Positions 51,239 through 62,733 of a DNA stretch of 64,000 nt are shown in pieces; position 1 is the first letter of the stretch; every line of letters starts with the position of its first letter. This DNA comes from Mytilus californianus (lineage: Eukaryota): assembly GCF_021869535.1 (NCBI RefSeq), contig NW_026262702.1:1054001-1118000 (forward strand), read 5' to 3'. Both the position numbers and the translations under genes were made by a program. Below the pieces are notes generated by a model that had not been told where the DNA came from, searched no databases, and saw only the letters and a program-made list of their open reading frames with translations.

Positions 51239-52079
51239 TCCAATCAAAAAAGTTAAAAAGACCAAATAAAGTACGAAATTGAAGAGCATTGAGGACCCAG
51301 AATTCCGAAAGGTTTTGCCAAATACAGCTAAGTTAATCTTTTCCTGAGGTTGAAAATCCTTAGTTTTACGAGGAATTCAAAGTTCTGTTAACTTATTAAT
51401 TCATAATTATTACCATATCAATGAAGAGTATTTTGTAGACGAAACACGCGCATATAAAATTTTAATCCTGGTATCTATGATGAGTTTATATCAACTTGGC
51501 TATTTTTATCTTTTCTAAAAACAAGTTCTTTTTCTTTTGTTTAAATTCAATTAGATATCAGCCTGTTATTTCTCCTGTAATATAAGATGTCATTAAGTAT
51601 CATACCTAGTGAACTTTTTAGGGGTGAACAATTCGTATTCCATGTGTATAAAAAGTCACCGGGTAGCATTCCATGTGACATATTAGGAGTCATCAATTTT
51701 TACTTTGAGGGTTATATGAGAGAATTCTTATGAATCGACGCAACATTACTTTACGGACGTATATCATACACGTTTGGTGATCTATAATGCACATATTAAA
51801 CCATTCGTTTAATCTATCTCAGTACAGGAAAAATTCAAAATAGGTCAGACAATGTATATTACGTAGTTGTTCAAGGTTCACTAATAACAGTCAATAATTC
51901 TTATTCTATTTGTAATATCAGAAGTCAACAATTCTTATTCCGAGTGTAAAATAAGGAGTCAACTGTTCTAGTTTCATGTGAGGTAGGACAATAATTTTGT
52001 AAGTATATGGATAACAAATACAAAATTACTAAAATGATATAACAATAGTTATAAATGTAGTGATAATATCATGTTGCTG

Positions 52080-52300
52080 CTATATCTGAGTACTAGTATT
52101 CGCAAGAATATCGTCATTCACTATGATTTTATTTGAACCATTTGGTATAAAACCAATAGACTTGTCCTCCTCTTCATCTGGAGCTGGAATATCTATTGTC
52201 ATATCTAAGTCAGTTCTTCCGTAAGATTCAGGGAATGCGAACATAAATAAGAGTCCAACAGCTATGCTTCCTAACAATGTCCAATTCATCCAAGACGTTC
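52080..52300 (-). CDS. SLC49A4: SLC49A4/DIRC2-like transporter copy B, last exon
   Basis: ttttaacag|GA ACG gives GTSWMNWTLLGSIAVGLLFMFAFPESYGRTDLD...ANTSTQI and stop. Confidence 0.9.
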
Positions 52301-53632
52301 CTGTTAAACAAAAATAATATGTCAGATATTACATAGAATATCTAAAATTATAGTGTGTTATTCGCAATTTAAACAATATTTATTTAGATAAATAATCACA
52401 TAACAATATAAAACACTTGAAATAAATATCTAGGATTCATGAACAAACAAATTTGTTATTCATTCTTTTCTGAGGTTTTTCCAGTAATGTCCATCATGAT
52501 TTTCGGGAATGGTTTACATATTCATAACACGATTTTGTTCAATTTCGTTTGGAACTTATTTTGCGACATCTTCCTGCAGAGTTTGTGGCCTTTTGGCTTG
52601 ATTTATTTTAACGTTTAATTTTGACTTTTTTGTTTTGCTTTAACATTATTGGTCTCTTTTCTTCACTTTGTTTCTTTTCAAAAAGATACCTTTTTTAAAT
52701 CGGTCAAATTAACTTTTTAAATGTTTACTTAAGCAATACGTATGCTACGACTACTTAATTTTGTTCTTTTAAAAGATATCTTCTTTTTCTTGAATTTGAA
52801 AAAGTAGAATATTTCAATTTCAAGAAGATATTTTTTAAATAGAGAAATGTGTTTTTATCATTTTATCTGTGCGTAACTTGAGTGTCAAATATTACATGCA
52901 TATAAAAATAAGGAGATGTGGTATGATTTAATTCATATGAAACAGCTCTCCAAACATAAACTCATCAAAGATTTCAGACTTACAATTGTGTACGTCAGAC
53001 GCTCGTCTTATAGAAATGGATATAAGATAATACAGGTCACAGTACGACCTTCAAAGATGAGGAAAACTTTTACCGTATAGTCAGTTATAAAGGCCCCGAC
53101 ATGACAAAACAATACAAATGAGAAAAACCAATATTGATTTGGCTATTATATTTAGGTCTTTTTATGTCATATAGCTCTTTAACTCTTTCTGTTCTTATAC
53201 ATCCTTGGCTTTGAAATATTCGGCTTTGAGCGTTCCTTATAATGGTAAATCCAGACGAGCGCTTCGGACGGATGACATTGATAAGTTGTTGTTTTCATCT
53301 TTAACATTTGGTCGATAACGCTGCTGGTGGACTATCAGTCCCCGAGGTTATCATCAGCTCAGTAGTCAATACTTCGGTACTTACATGGTTTATAATAAAA
53401 CGGGTTTGACGTAAATAAGAGATTAAATAACAAATGCTACATTTGATATAAAACCAAATAAAAAAAGTACTGGCCATAAAGGGACTAACTCTTGTTAAGA
53501 AAACATTTAGAAAATTTGGATTTCAATGTACATAAGACGCCATTTACATTTTAAAAAAATATCAAAACATTCTATATTACAACTATCATGAACAAAAATA
53601 CTAAATATATACTACTTATATATAAAAAATAC

Positions 53633-53815
53633 CTATATTTGGAATCTGTAGTGCTAACAAAAATATAACACCGAATGTGTTATTAAGTAGAGTAAGAAAA
53701 GCACCCGTTATTCCTTCTGCTATGGGATACGACACTTCACAAGACAGTTCGTAAAATAATGGTATGCCTCCATTAAGAAATATACAACCAATGATACATG
53801 ATATATAAATCTGAA
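53633..53815 (-). CDS. SLC49A4: SLC49A4-like copy B, exon 11
   Basis: VQIYISCIIGCIFLNGGIPLFYELSCEVSYPIAEGITGAFLTLLNNTFGVIFLLALQIPNI; phase 1-1, GT-AG. Confidence 0.92.
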
Positions 53816-56529
53816 CTGAAAGATATAAAATAATTTAAAAAAGAAAGTTATCATTATAGCATTACATACATAAATAAAGTAGCTTTGAAACAATATTAGA
53901 AGTTGATATACGCATTTGTTATAAAATATAAAACTGTGCGTTAGTCATTCACGGGAGCAGTTTTATACTTCGCTCTCTATATTTCTTCTTCTTTTCTTTT
54001 TCATTGTTTAAATGGTTAAAAAGTGAGATACAAGTTTATTATTTATAGTTATTATAAATTTTACTTGTTTTCGCAGTGGAAGACATGTATAGGGGTAAAT
54101 TTAGTAAATAAATATACATCATCAGGGACCGCTCATTTGGGGGAGAGCTTTCTGTATAAATAAAGGCAACAGTAGTATACCGCTGTTCGAAACTCATACA
54201 TCGATAGAGATAAAAACAAATCCGGGTTACAAACTAAAACTGAGGGAAACGCATCAAATATAAGAGGAGAACAACGACACAACAAAAACACAACATTAAA
54301 ATGTAACACACACAGAAACGAACTATAATATAACAATGGCCATTTTCCTGACTTGGTACAGGACATTTTAAGAAACAAAATGGTGGGTTGAACCTGGTTT
54401 TGTGGCAACGTCAAACACAACACCAAAACGACAACATCACATGACAGGACCACAATACAAATAAATGGAAGAACATACAGGACAAAGAAACATACGAATA
54501 ATAGCTAACAAAAGGTACCAGGCTTAAAATTCAATACGCCAGACGTGCGTCTCGTCAACACAAGACCATCCAGTGACGCTCAGATGAAAAACACTGAATT
54601 CCTGTGCTCTTCTGATTGGTAGATAATGTTTGTGATAAATATTTTTTGGATCAAAACTATAGTTGAAAAAAATAAAATAATGAATGCTGAATGCACTTAA
54701 GTATTTTACTACAGGATTGAACAGTAATGGGGGTCAGTATAGGAATTAAGTGCGAATAAACAGTGTTTGTAAACAAGGCCATGTGAATGCCCAAAAATGC
54801 CGCATGACCCTATGTTTTCATTGTTGCAAAAGATGGGGCTAAATTTGTACTTTAATGAATGATATATGAAAGCTTCTGATTTCTAAAGGTAAATCTGGTA
54901 TAAATTTAATTCAAGAAAAAGATTTGAATTAAAGTCAATGGGAGATTTTTTACTGAATTTACCCCTATAGGAAAATATGCACTTTATCACTGTACTTTTT
55001 CAAGGCCACACAATAATCACAAAGCTCATTTCCTGTAGATATTAATGCAATGGAAGCTTTTTGGAACCAGTTAAAGTTGTTTTTCATACACAATTCAATG
55101 TTTAACTGCGGCTGGCAAGGATGCACTGAGTATGCTGTGGGAGGAAGCATGGGGTATATGAGAAGAATCAGTTTTTTGTCCAGATTGAAAGAAACAAAAG
55201 AAATTACACTTTAGAGTTACAAAATTGATGAAAGACATAAATATTCTCTCTATTTTACATTAAATTTTGCACATATTTCTTCTAATAATGTGTAAAATCA
55301 TATGCAAAATCAGAATTACCTCCCTTTGACAAAGTGTATTGTTTTAGCAGTGTTCCCCGTGTAAAGTTGCAGATTAAGTTGTTATTATGCACTTTTTCAA
55401 GTATTTTAACACTCGAATAATCTGGCTGAATGAATATATTCATTTTTGTAAACATAATTCATTGCATTTTTTTAATTAAAAAACATTCTGGACAGCCTTT
55501 CAGAATTAGATACCCTTCATCTATGAAACTGGTGTTGAAATGTTTGTATTAGGATTTCTGTGTTAAATGATTGTTTTTAAATATTCTAAATTGTTACTTT
55601 AATCTTTCAAATGCAAAGTTTGGTCATACCCAGTCTTATTTTTTCATATTTGGCACATTTTTCTTGTTCAGTTTTGCCTGTACGGTTTTGGCGAAGAAGT
55701 AATCCTGATGTTGGGTTAACAGGAATTTCTGCAGAATGTTTGTCATTGACAGTTTTTGAACTTTACAAGTAATTAAAACACAGATTTAGTCAAATGAAAC
55801 ATAATTGTTGGTTTGTTTTAGGTATGAAACTGCTTAAAAAGCCTTTGAAAAGTCTTTTGGGGGTATTTTCAGGGTATATAATCAAAAACTTCCATATAAG
55901 GCAAAATTTAACTAAAAGTACATCAAAACTTTAGTTCTTAGATGTACTTGCAATACTGATCAAAGCAAACACATAAAACAATTCATATTTATTGAGCATA
56001 TTATTTTACATCATTCTTTTGAAAACAGTCAATGTGCAACTTTATATACAAAATATACATTGGCTGCAGTATGGGCTGTAGTATAAATTTTCCTCTATTT
56101 TTACAAATTCTGCATTTATAAATATTGTATTGAAACTGGAACTTAAAAATTGGATAAATTACATGATCAATATAAAAAAAAAATAGAAGTGAGGAAAAAA
56201 GGTCCCTTATGATCAAAATGAACTGATTTGTATCGAACAGAAATACATCGTTTTACTTTCACTGGATACTGGTGCATATTCATTCATTATTTCAGCCCAA
56301 TTCTCCAAAAACCTCTGATGTAAAAACAATGTGCAGTTTTGATTTATCATTAAGCATAAACAATCAAATAAAACGCTGTCCGGACCTCAATTAGGTCTGA
56401 CACATGAGGCTGCAATGCTGTATTGATCTTTTTTTATTTTCTTTTTTCGTAAAAAATCAAAAGGATATTAAAAATAATCCTGCTGGTGAAGAAAATTGAC
56501 CGCACCTCTCTATTCTTAAATAACATTAC

Positions 56530-56648
56530 CTAAAGAGTATGGAATAATCTTTGTACAGATCAAAGTAAACCAGACGTATGATCCTCCACCACATAAATAT
56601 AAACATACCAAGAATAACTTCATATGTTTCATAAATAGATCAGCAAAC
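56530..56648 (-). CDS. SLC49A4: SLC49A4-like copy B, exon 10
   Basis: RFADLFMKHMKLFLVCLYLCGGGSYVWFTLICTKIIPYSL; phase 2 to 1. Confidence 0.9.
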
Positions 56649-57175
56649 CTGGAAAAAACAGGATTATAAGATAGCAATTGCAGTAAATTTCAACATATAT
56701 ACTATTTTTAATCATCGTTGTTGCTATTGTTCTTGAAAAGTAATGATCACATTTGACCAACAGTGAACCAACAAATTATGGATTCCCGTTTATCATACGA
56801 TTGTCCATGCATTAGGAATCGATAAGTTGCGATTCGTGCCTGGTATATTCTAATCCGTTTGACTAAAATATCGGAAGCATGGGAAGCAAATTAATATCAA
56901 TTAGATTCTCACGTGTCTTAAGACTGCAAAACGATTCTCAATTATTTATTTATATATTATATATAAAGTTATTTGACAAGATAACAGCACTAAACAGAAA
57001 AATTAGAAAATTAGAAAATTAACATCTTTTCCATGGCTGTACTATTATCTATCAAACTACTATTTCATATTTATTGAACATTTTGCGTTTTACTTCTACA
57101 CATTATACTTGTATTTCTGTTTTAACCTTTAATGTAATAAAACAATTTAAAAAAAAAGTAAACTTGAAAACAAAC

Positions 57176-57243
57176 CTTGCAATAACTAAACTTCCAAAGC
57201 ACCCAGCCATTGTAGCATAGAAACCAATCCATCCTACTTCTCT
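57176..57243 (-). CDS. SLC49A4: SLC49A4-like copy B, exon 9
   Basis: REVGWIGFYATMAGCFGSLVIA; phase 0 to 2. Confidence 0.9.
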
Positions 57244-58197
57244 CTGAAATATTTTGTTTTTGACAATGATTGAGATGCACTGTTTCCGGTGTCAATTCTG
57301 AGTGTGAATAAGATTGTGGTCTTAATGCGTATTTCAATAATGTGTTATGTCGGGATTATGGCTCCTGTTCAGGGGAACACAATGACGTGTTAAAGGTTAC
57401 AAGGTTGTAACAGGAACTGCGGCCATTTTTTTCTAGTTTGTGAAGTCTTCAAGAAATAAAATATGGAACACAACTGGTACTCTATGGAAATGGAATTACG
57501 AATAATAGCGGTCTTATAACCTAAAGTTTAACGGATTAAATCACATGAAACATCCTTTTTGATATACGGTGGGAAACATTTGATGATCTTTGATATACCG
57601 GATTCGGGAATTTGAAGAAAATTGATTTGCTTATTCTTATCAATTGCAATACAAGAAAAAAAATCAAATAGACAACAAGGTCTATTAAATTCGTATATGC
57701 ATTTCAAATTCCAATCGACTTACTGGTCGTTTACTTATTTAACACTTCCAAGGTTAAACTTAAGGATTGGAACTCACTATAATAATAAGCAAACTTAACA
57801 TTCGGTGATTAATTGCCTGTTCTAATTATGCCCATTTGGTATGTGCGCTCTGAAACGTTATATATTTTGTCCTTTCCGTCACAATCGTACCTGATGAAGA
57901 TAATTCCAGAAACATGCGCTCGTAAATCATATCATTTATTTTTCTGCTCTACCGAGCTCTTCCATCGCGAAGCACAATTTTGGCAAGGATGTTAAAAGTA
58001 AAATAACAAAATACCGAACTCCAAGGAAAATTCAAAACGGAAATGGCAAAATCAAAAGCTCAAATACTTCATACGAAATGGAAAACATATGTCATATTTC
58101 TGACTTGGTTCAGGCATTTCCTTATGTAGATTAAGACTATGGTCGAAACGTAATGACATCAAACATAAAACTCATCACTGTTGAAATAAATACTTGC

Positions 58198-58306
58198 CTG
58201 GCCAACACCAACTGGATTAAGAATTACATCCAATACTGAACCCCAGACACCATAAACACCAAGAGGTAATGCGTAAGCTAATGAGATTAACCATACTGGA
58301 CCACTC
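58198..58306 (-). CDS. SLC49A4: SLC49A4-like copy B, exon 8 (GC donor)
   Basis: RSGPVWLISLAYALPLGVYGVWGSVLDVILNPVGVGQ; donor CAG|GCAAGT, phase 2 to 0. Confidence 0.88.
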
Positions 58307-58979
58307 CTATAAAAGAATTGATATTGACTAATACACATAATAATGTTAATATATATAAGAAGATGTGGTATGAGTGCCAATGAGACAACTCCATCAGAGT
58401 ACTTTAAATTTGGAAAAATAATTATATTTTGTGTTTTGAATTTTAAAAAAAATCTATAAAATTATTTTATATTTGAAATAAGAATTAAAGGAGACTTTTA
58501 TTAGTGCTGCAGTAAGTTAAGCATAATACAATCTTTTTCTGTCTTAAAAAATAAATATTTTCAGTATTTTCAAGTTCCTAAAATGCGAATTTCATTCTAA
58601 AAATCAAAATCGTTGTGACGTTTTAATTGTTTTTGTCTGATGATTACAGAACAAGTATTTTGTCTTGTAGAAACAAATCATGAACAATATCATATCATTG
58701 CTACCACAAACACGTATACTATGTTCAGAGTTTTCAACAATAGAAAGGCATGTATACAGAAATCATTCATGACCGCTATTAGTAAGTAGGGGACAAACAA
58801 GTGTTCTTTAATATAGAAACATTTCAAAACATTATTATCTTTTTTGGTCATATAGTTCTTCAACTGTTTCGGTTCTTATACATCATTGGCTTGGAGCGTT
58901 CTTAGTGAAGGTAAATCCAGAAAAGCGTTTCGGATGTATGAAATTTATTTTTCATTTTTATAAGCATTATATGTCTTGC

Positions 58980-59109
58980 CTTATAATTTTGGATAACGCG
59001 TTGGTATATTCTATCCTCTTGACAGAAGCAGTATAACTTGGAGGGGTTGGTGGTTTGTCAGGGAAATATATTAAACCAGCAATAAAAAGGGCACCGGCTG
59101 CCATACACT
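58980..59109 (-). CDS. SLC49A4: SLC49A4-like copy B, exon 7 (GC donor)
   Basis: ECMAAGALFIAGLIYFPDKPPTPPSYTASVKRIEYTNALSKII; donor AAG|GCAAGA, phase 1 to 2. Confidence 0.88.
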
Positions 59110-59512
59110 CTGAAATGAAATATTTAAATAAAAAATACAAGTGTTAGGGTAACACCAGTTATTGGTATCTTCTTGATCTTTTTACATTTTGTACATACAG
59201 CAAAATATACGCTGAATCATAATATCTTAATATAGTCCTAGTAGTGTAGAATGTCACACTTGTTTTCCGTTTGGGCAACGCATGGATACTTTCGTGCATG
59301 ATCCTTGTATCATTCTTGTTTTTATTACGTTACCAAACTGTCGTATTACTTGATAAGTTATATTTATCTCAATATATTTGGAAAGGCAAATTTAAGCTAA
59401 AAATATATAAACAGGGATCCAAACAGTATGGTTGTATGTTTCCATATCATGTAAACAAAGAAAGGAGTCGTTTAAATAAACTCATCATAGATACCAGTAT
59501 TAAACTTGTGTT

Positions 59513-59555
59513 CGCTAGACGCGCGTTTCGTCTACAAAAGACTCATTAGTGACGC
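59513..59555 (-). ncRNA. Hammerhead motif family 1, core-mutated
   Basis: GCGTCA-CTAATGA-GTC.TTTTGTA.GAC-GAAA-CGCGCGT-C-TAGCGA. The G5>A change in the core predicts inactivity. Confidence 0.65.
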
Positions 59556-59752
59556 TCGAATCAAAAAAGTTAAAAAGGCTTAATATGGTACAAAGAAACC
59601 AAAATTCCGAAAGGTTTTGCCAAATACAGCTAAGGTAATCTATTCCTAGAAGAAATACATTCTTTATCGCTGATGTGTTAACCAAGCAAAACCTCAAAAA
59701 ATAAAAAAAATAAAAATCTAACTGTATATTTCATGTACTGTATACAACTTAC

Positions 59753-59806
59753 CATAGTACATTAGCCACATTATCTCATTTTGTAACTGTGAATAATTCA
59801 AAAGTG
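59753..59806 (-). CDS. SLC49A4: SLC49A4-like copy B, exon 6 (54 nt)
   Basis: (T)LLNYSQLQNEIMWLMYY; ttttttag|CA ... ATG|GTAAGT, phase 1-1; homologous to 42335-42283. Confidence 0.85.
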
Positions 59807-60396
59807 CTAAAAAATATAGAACACTTAAATATGTTGTAGAAAGGCTTAAAACTATTGATGGTTTTGGTATTCCTTCGCTATCATTCGTCTCTCTTTTACA
59901 TTATAATTGATTCAATAGTATACAGAATGATACAGATACAGATAATTTTATTAAACAATCAAGGTACCCTTTGAAGGGCAGATTAATTACAATGCAATTA
60001 TTCATGACATAATAAACAAACTAAACAATAAACTAATATGGCAATAATGGTTCATTAGAATAATAATTGTATTGATTGTAAAATAACAAAAAAAAAATTT
60101 TTAACGTAATCAAAAAGTAGAAATGTTAACATTAATGTATTTTTTTTATAGGTATTGATGATATCCAGTTTGATTTGGACAAAGAAAAACAACTCCATTT
60201 TAGATGTGGGTTTGTCTTAGTAATGAATCCCGAATTTCTGTTATTCATAAATTATATTGAACTTGCTTCATCTATAACATTGTGTCGTAATCATATTGAA
60301 TCACTTGTAATCATTAGTACGAAATTGATGTTGATCATTCAGCTCCTTGTGGGCGCTGTGATTAGCAATAAAATATTTGTTTGTTTGTTATTTGAA

Positions 60397-60478
60397 ATAA
60401 CTATCTTCATAAGTCATTAACCATAAAAACAATTCTGATAACTATCTTCATAAGTCATTAACCATAAAAACAATTCTG
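60397..60478. repeat. Exact 41-bp tandem duplication
   Basis: ATAACTATCTTCATAAGTCATTAACCATAAAAACAATTCTG, two copies. Confidence 0.9.
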
Positions 60479-61300
60479 AAGAAAGCTTGATAAAATTTTT
60501 ATATTTATATTTCACATCATTAATGAGTTTTCTACAGTTTTCAAGAAAGGGACAGTCTAATACAGTCTGAACTAGTACACATTTTTGTTTAGGGGCCAGC
60601 TGAAGCCCGCCTCCGGGTGCGGGATTTTCTCGCTGTGTCGAAGACCCATTGTTGGCCTTGGGCTGTTTTCTGCTCTTTGGTCGGGTTGTTGTCTCTTTGA
60701 CACATTCCCCGTTTCCACTCTCAATTTTGATAGAAAATCCTTATATCTTTTATGATTTCAATTTAGTCCGAGCTTCGTTTATCCAATTGTTGTTTACTCC
60801 TTTTGCCTTTAGTCGCCTGCTGGAGATTCCAATGATGGATAAGCGTCATCTTTGACGTTGAAGCGTTTGCTGACAGCATTGAAATTACCATTACCTATTT
60901 ATGATGTGTTGTTTTCGGACATGTTTCATGTTGTAGACGTAAATTAGCGCCTAATAAAAGTAACAATTTAGCAGCTTAAATGTAACGTGCGCCTGATTCT
61001 CATTCTGTACACTTAACACTTTTAATCAATTTTTTGTCTTTCTTTGTGTTATTATTTCTTTGGTTTCTGATTGGTCTTCTGTTATTTTGTGTGTTTTTGT
61101 TTTTCTTTTTTTATAGGGATTGGTTTGTTGTTGTTGTCATATATATGAAAATAGTGAGACACAGTATAATGATTCATTAACAACTGTACGCGATTCTATC
61201 ATTTAGATGATAAACATGTAAAAGTGATATTGTTTCACCTCATATTAAGACAGCAACCCAAACATAATAAAACTAAGACATGTCTATATTTAATACCTAC

Positions 61301-61356
61301 TCGTGTGGTTGTCAAACGAAGCAGTTGTAACAGAAAAGCCAGTTGTTAAATCATTA
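61301..61356 (-). CDS. SLC49A4: SLC49A4-like copy B, exon 5 (56 nt, loop)
   Basis: (S)NDLTTGFSVTTASFDNHT; ttttgtag|T ... GA|GTAGGT, phase 2 to 1. A same-length homolog at 43043-42988 has the same donor. Confidence 0.75.
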
Positions 61357-62239
61357 CTACAAAATAAGAACAATGTTTATTTCTAAGTTAATGCTATAAA
61401 AAGAAAAAGTTCTGTAGCTAGGTATTTTGTAAAAAAGTAATTGAAGTGGAACGTACCGCTTTTGTTGATTCTATTACCTATCAGTGGATTGAACTTTATC
61501 AGGAACGCGCATAGCCAAAATCTTGTTAAGCAAAAGATGTATAACTAATTGCACCTTACAGAACTACATTTTATAAGAAAATAAACATGTTTATTGTGTA
61601 TAGAATATCGTTTTCAATTTTGATAATTTTGTAAATCTTGGTTTTTTTCACTACTATTAATCCCATGATACGTATTTAAGCTTTCTGGTCAAAGTTTTAC
61701 TAAAAATTACTTCCGAAATAGCTCATTATATTCTATAAATTATATAACACTATTAACAACTGTCATACATGGTGGAGGTTTAGCTAGCTATAAAACTAGG
61801 TGCAATCCACCATTTTATTCAAACAATACCTGTACCAAGTCAGGAATATGGCTGGTATTGTCAATTCGTTCCGTTGTTTGGTTAAGTCTAACTATTGATT
61901 TTGTCAGTTTTTATGGATTTCCCTCTTTTTGAATTTACCTTGGAGTTTGGTATTTCTGTTATATTTTTTTTTCTTTTTTCAATGACAGAAGAAATAAAAC
62001 TCTACAGTAACAAACGCACAAATGCTTTATACATTCGCTTACGTTACAACAGATGTGTTCAGTGTGTACATTGTAAATGATAATAAATCTAAAATATAAA
62101 TTGCTATCAAATCTGCCAGCTTATCAACAATTCGTATGACATTTCCAATTTTCTTTCAACAGACTTTTATTGAGAATTTCGTCATTAATTAACAGATACG
62201 TACATCGCTTTTCAGTTTGTGATGTTTTTTATTTTGTTT

Positions 62240-62271
<32 letters not shown>

Positions 62272-62299
62272 GGGGGACGGGGGGAGATAAAGATGTTAC

Positions 62300-62360
62300 C
62301 TTTGACTTGGTCCAGTAGAAATAGAGTGGTTATATTTTGGTGCAGAAACTAACTGAGGAC
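62300..62360 (-). CDS. SLC49A4: SLC49A4-like copy B, exon 4 (61 nt)
   Basis: GPQLVSAPKYNHSISTGPSQ; phase 1 to 2; homolog at 43496-43442. Confidence 0.85.
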
Positions 62361-62733
62361 CTATTAAAATATGAAATGAAAAAAAGATTAAAGGCATTTC
62401 AACAAAATTTTCATAATTTCACAAAAGAATAGCAAATTGGTATTTATAAATAGCTGTCTGCAACAAAAATACAACATGATTGTTCTTACCTTGTTATTCG
62501 TTTCATAATAGAGTATTATCTACTATACAAATATTCTATTGAGTTCCTGAAGTCTCAAGTAATTCTAGATGCTTTTATTGAAAAAAGATTTAGTCGAAAA
62601 TATTTAATGATGAAATAAAAAATATCTATTTATCTTAATCAATGATGTATATATGCATTTCAGGAAAAATCGCAGACTTACAAATCACGTCGAACAAATA
62701 AAGCTTTATATCCTAACAACAAGCTATATATAC

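Noticed and set aside
60240-60355. Candidate extra transporter exon (AHKELNDQHQF...)
   Set aside because: It has no counterpart in copy A and only a weak donor; exon 61301-61356 already satisfies the phases.
60762-60830. Segment homologous to 42520-42610 in the other paralog
   Set aside because: Stops or incompatible phases in all frames; it is conserved only because of the duplication.
62238-62286. Poly-T/poly-G tract near the exon 4 donor (similar tracts at ~29892-29910 and ~63805-63830)
   Set aside because: Simple homopolymers of unreliable length; no independent evidence of function.
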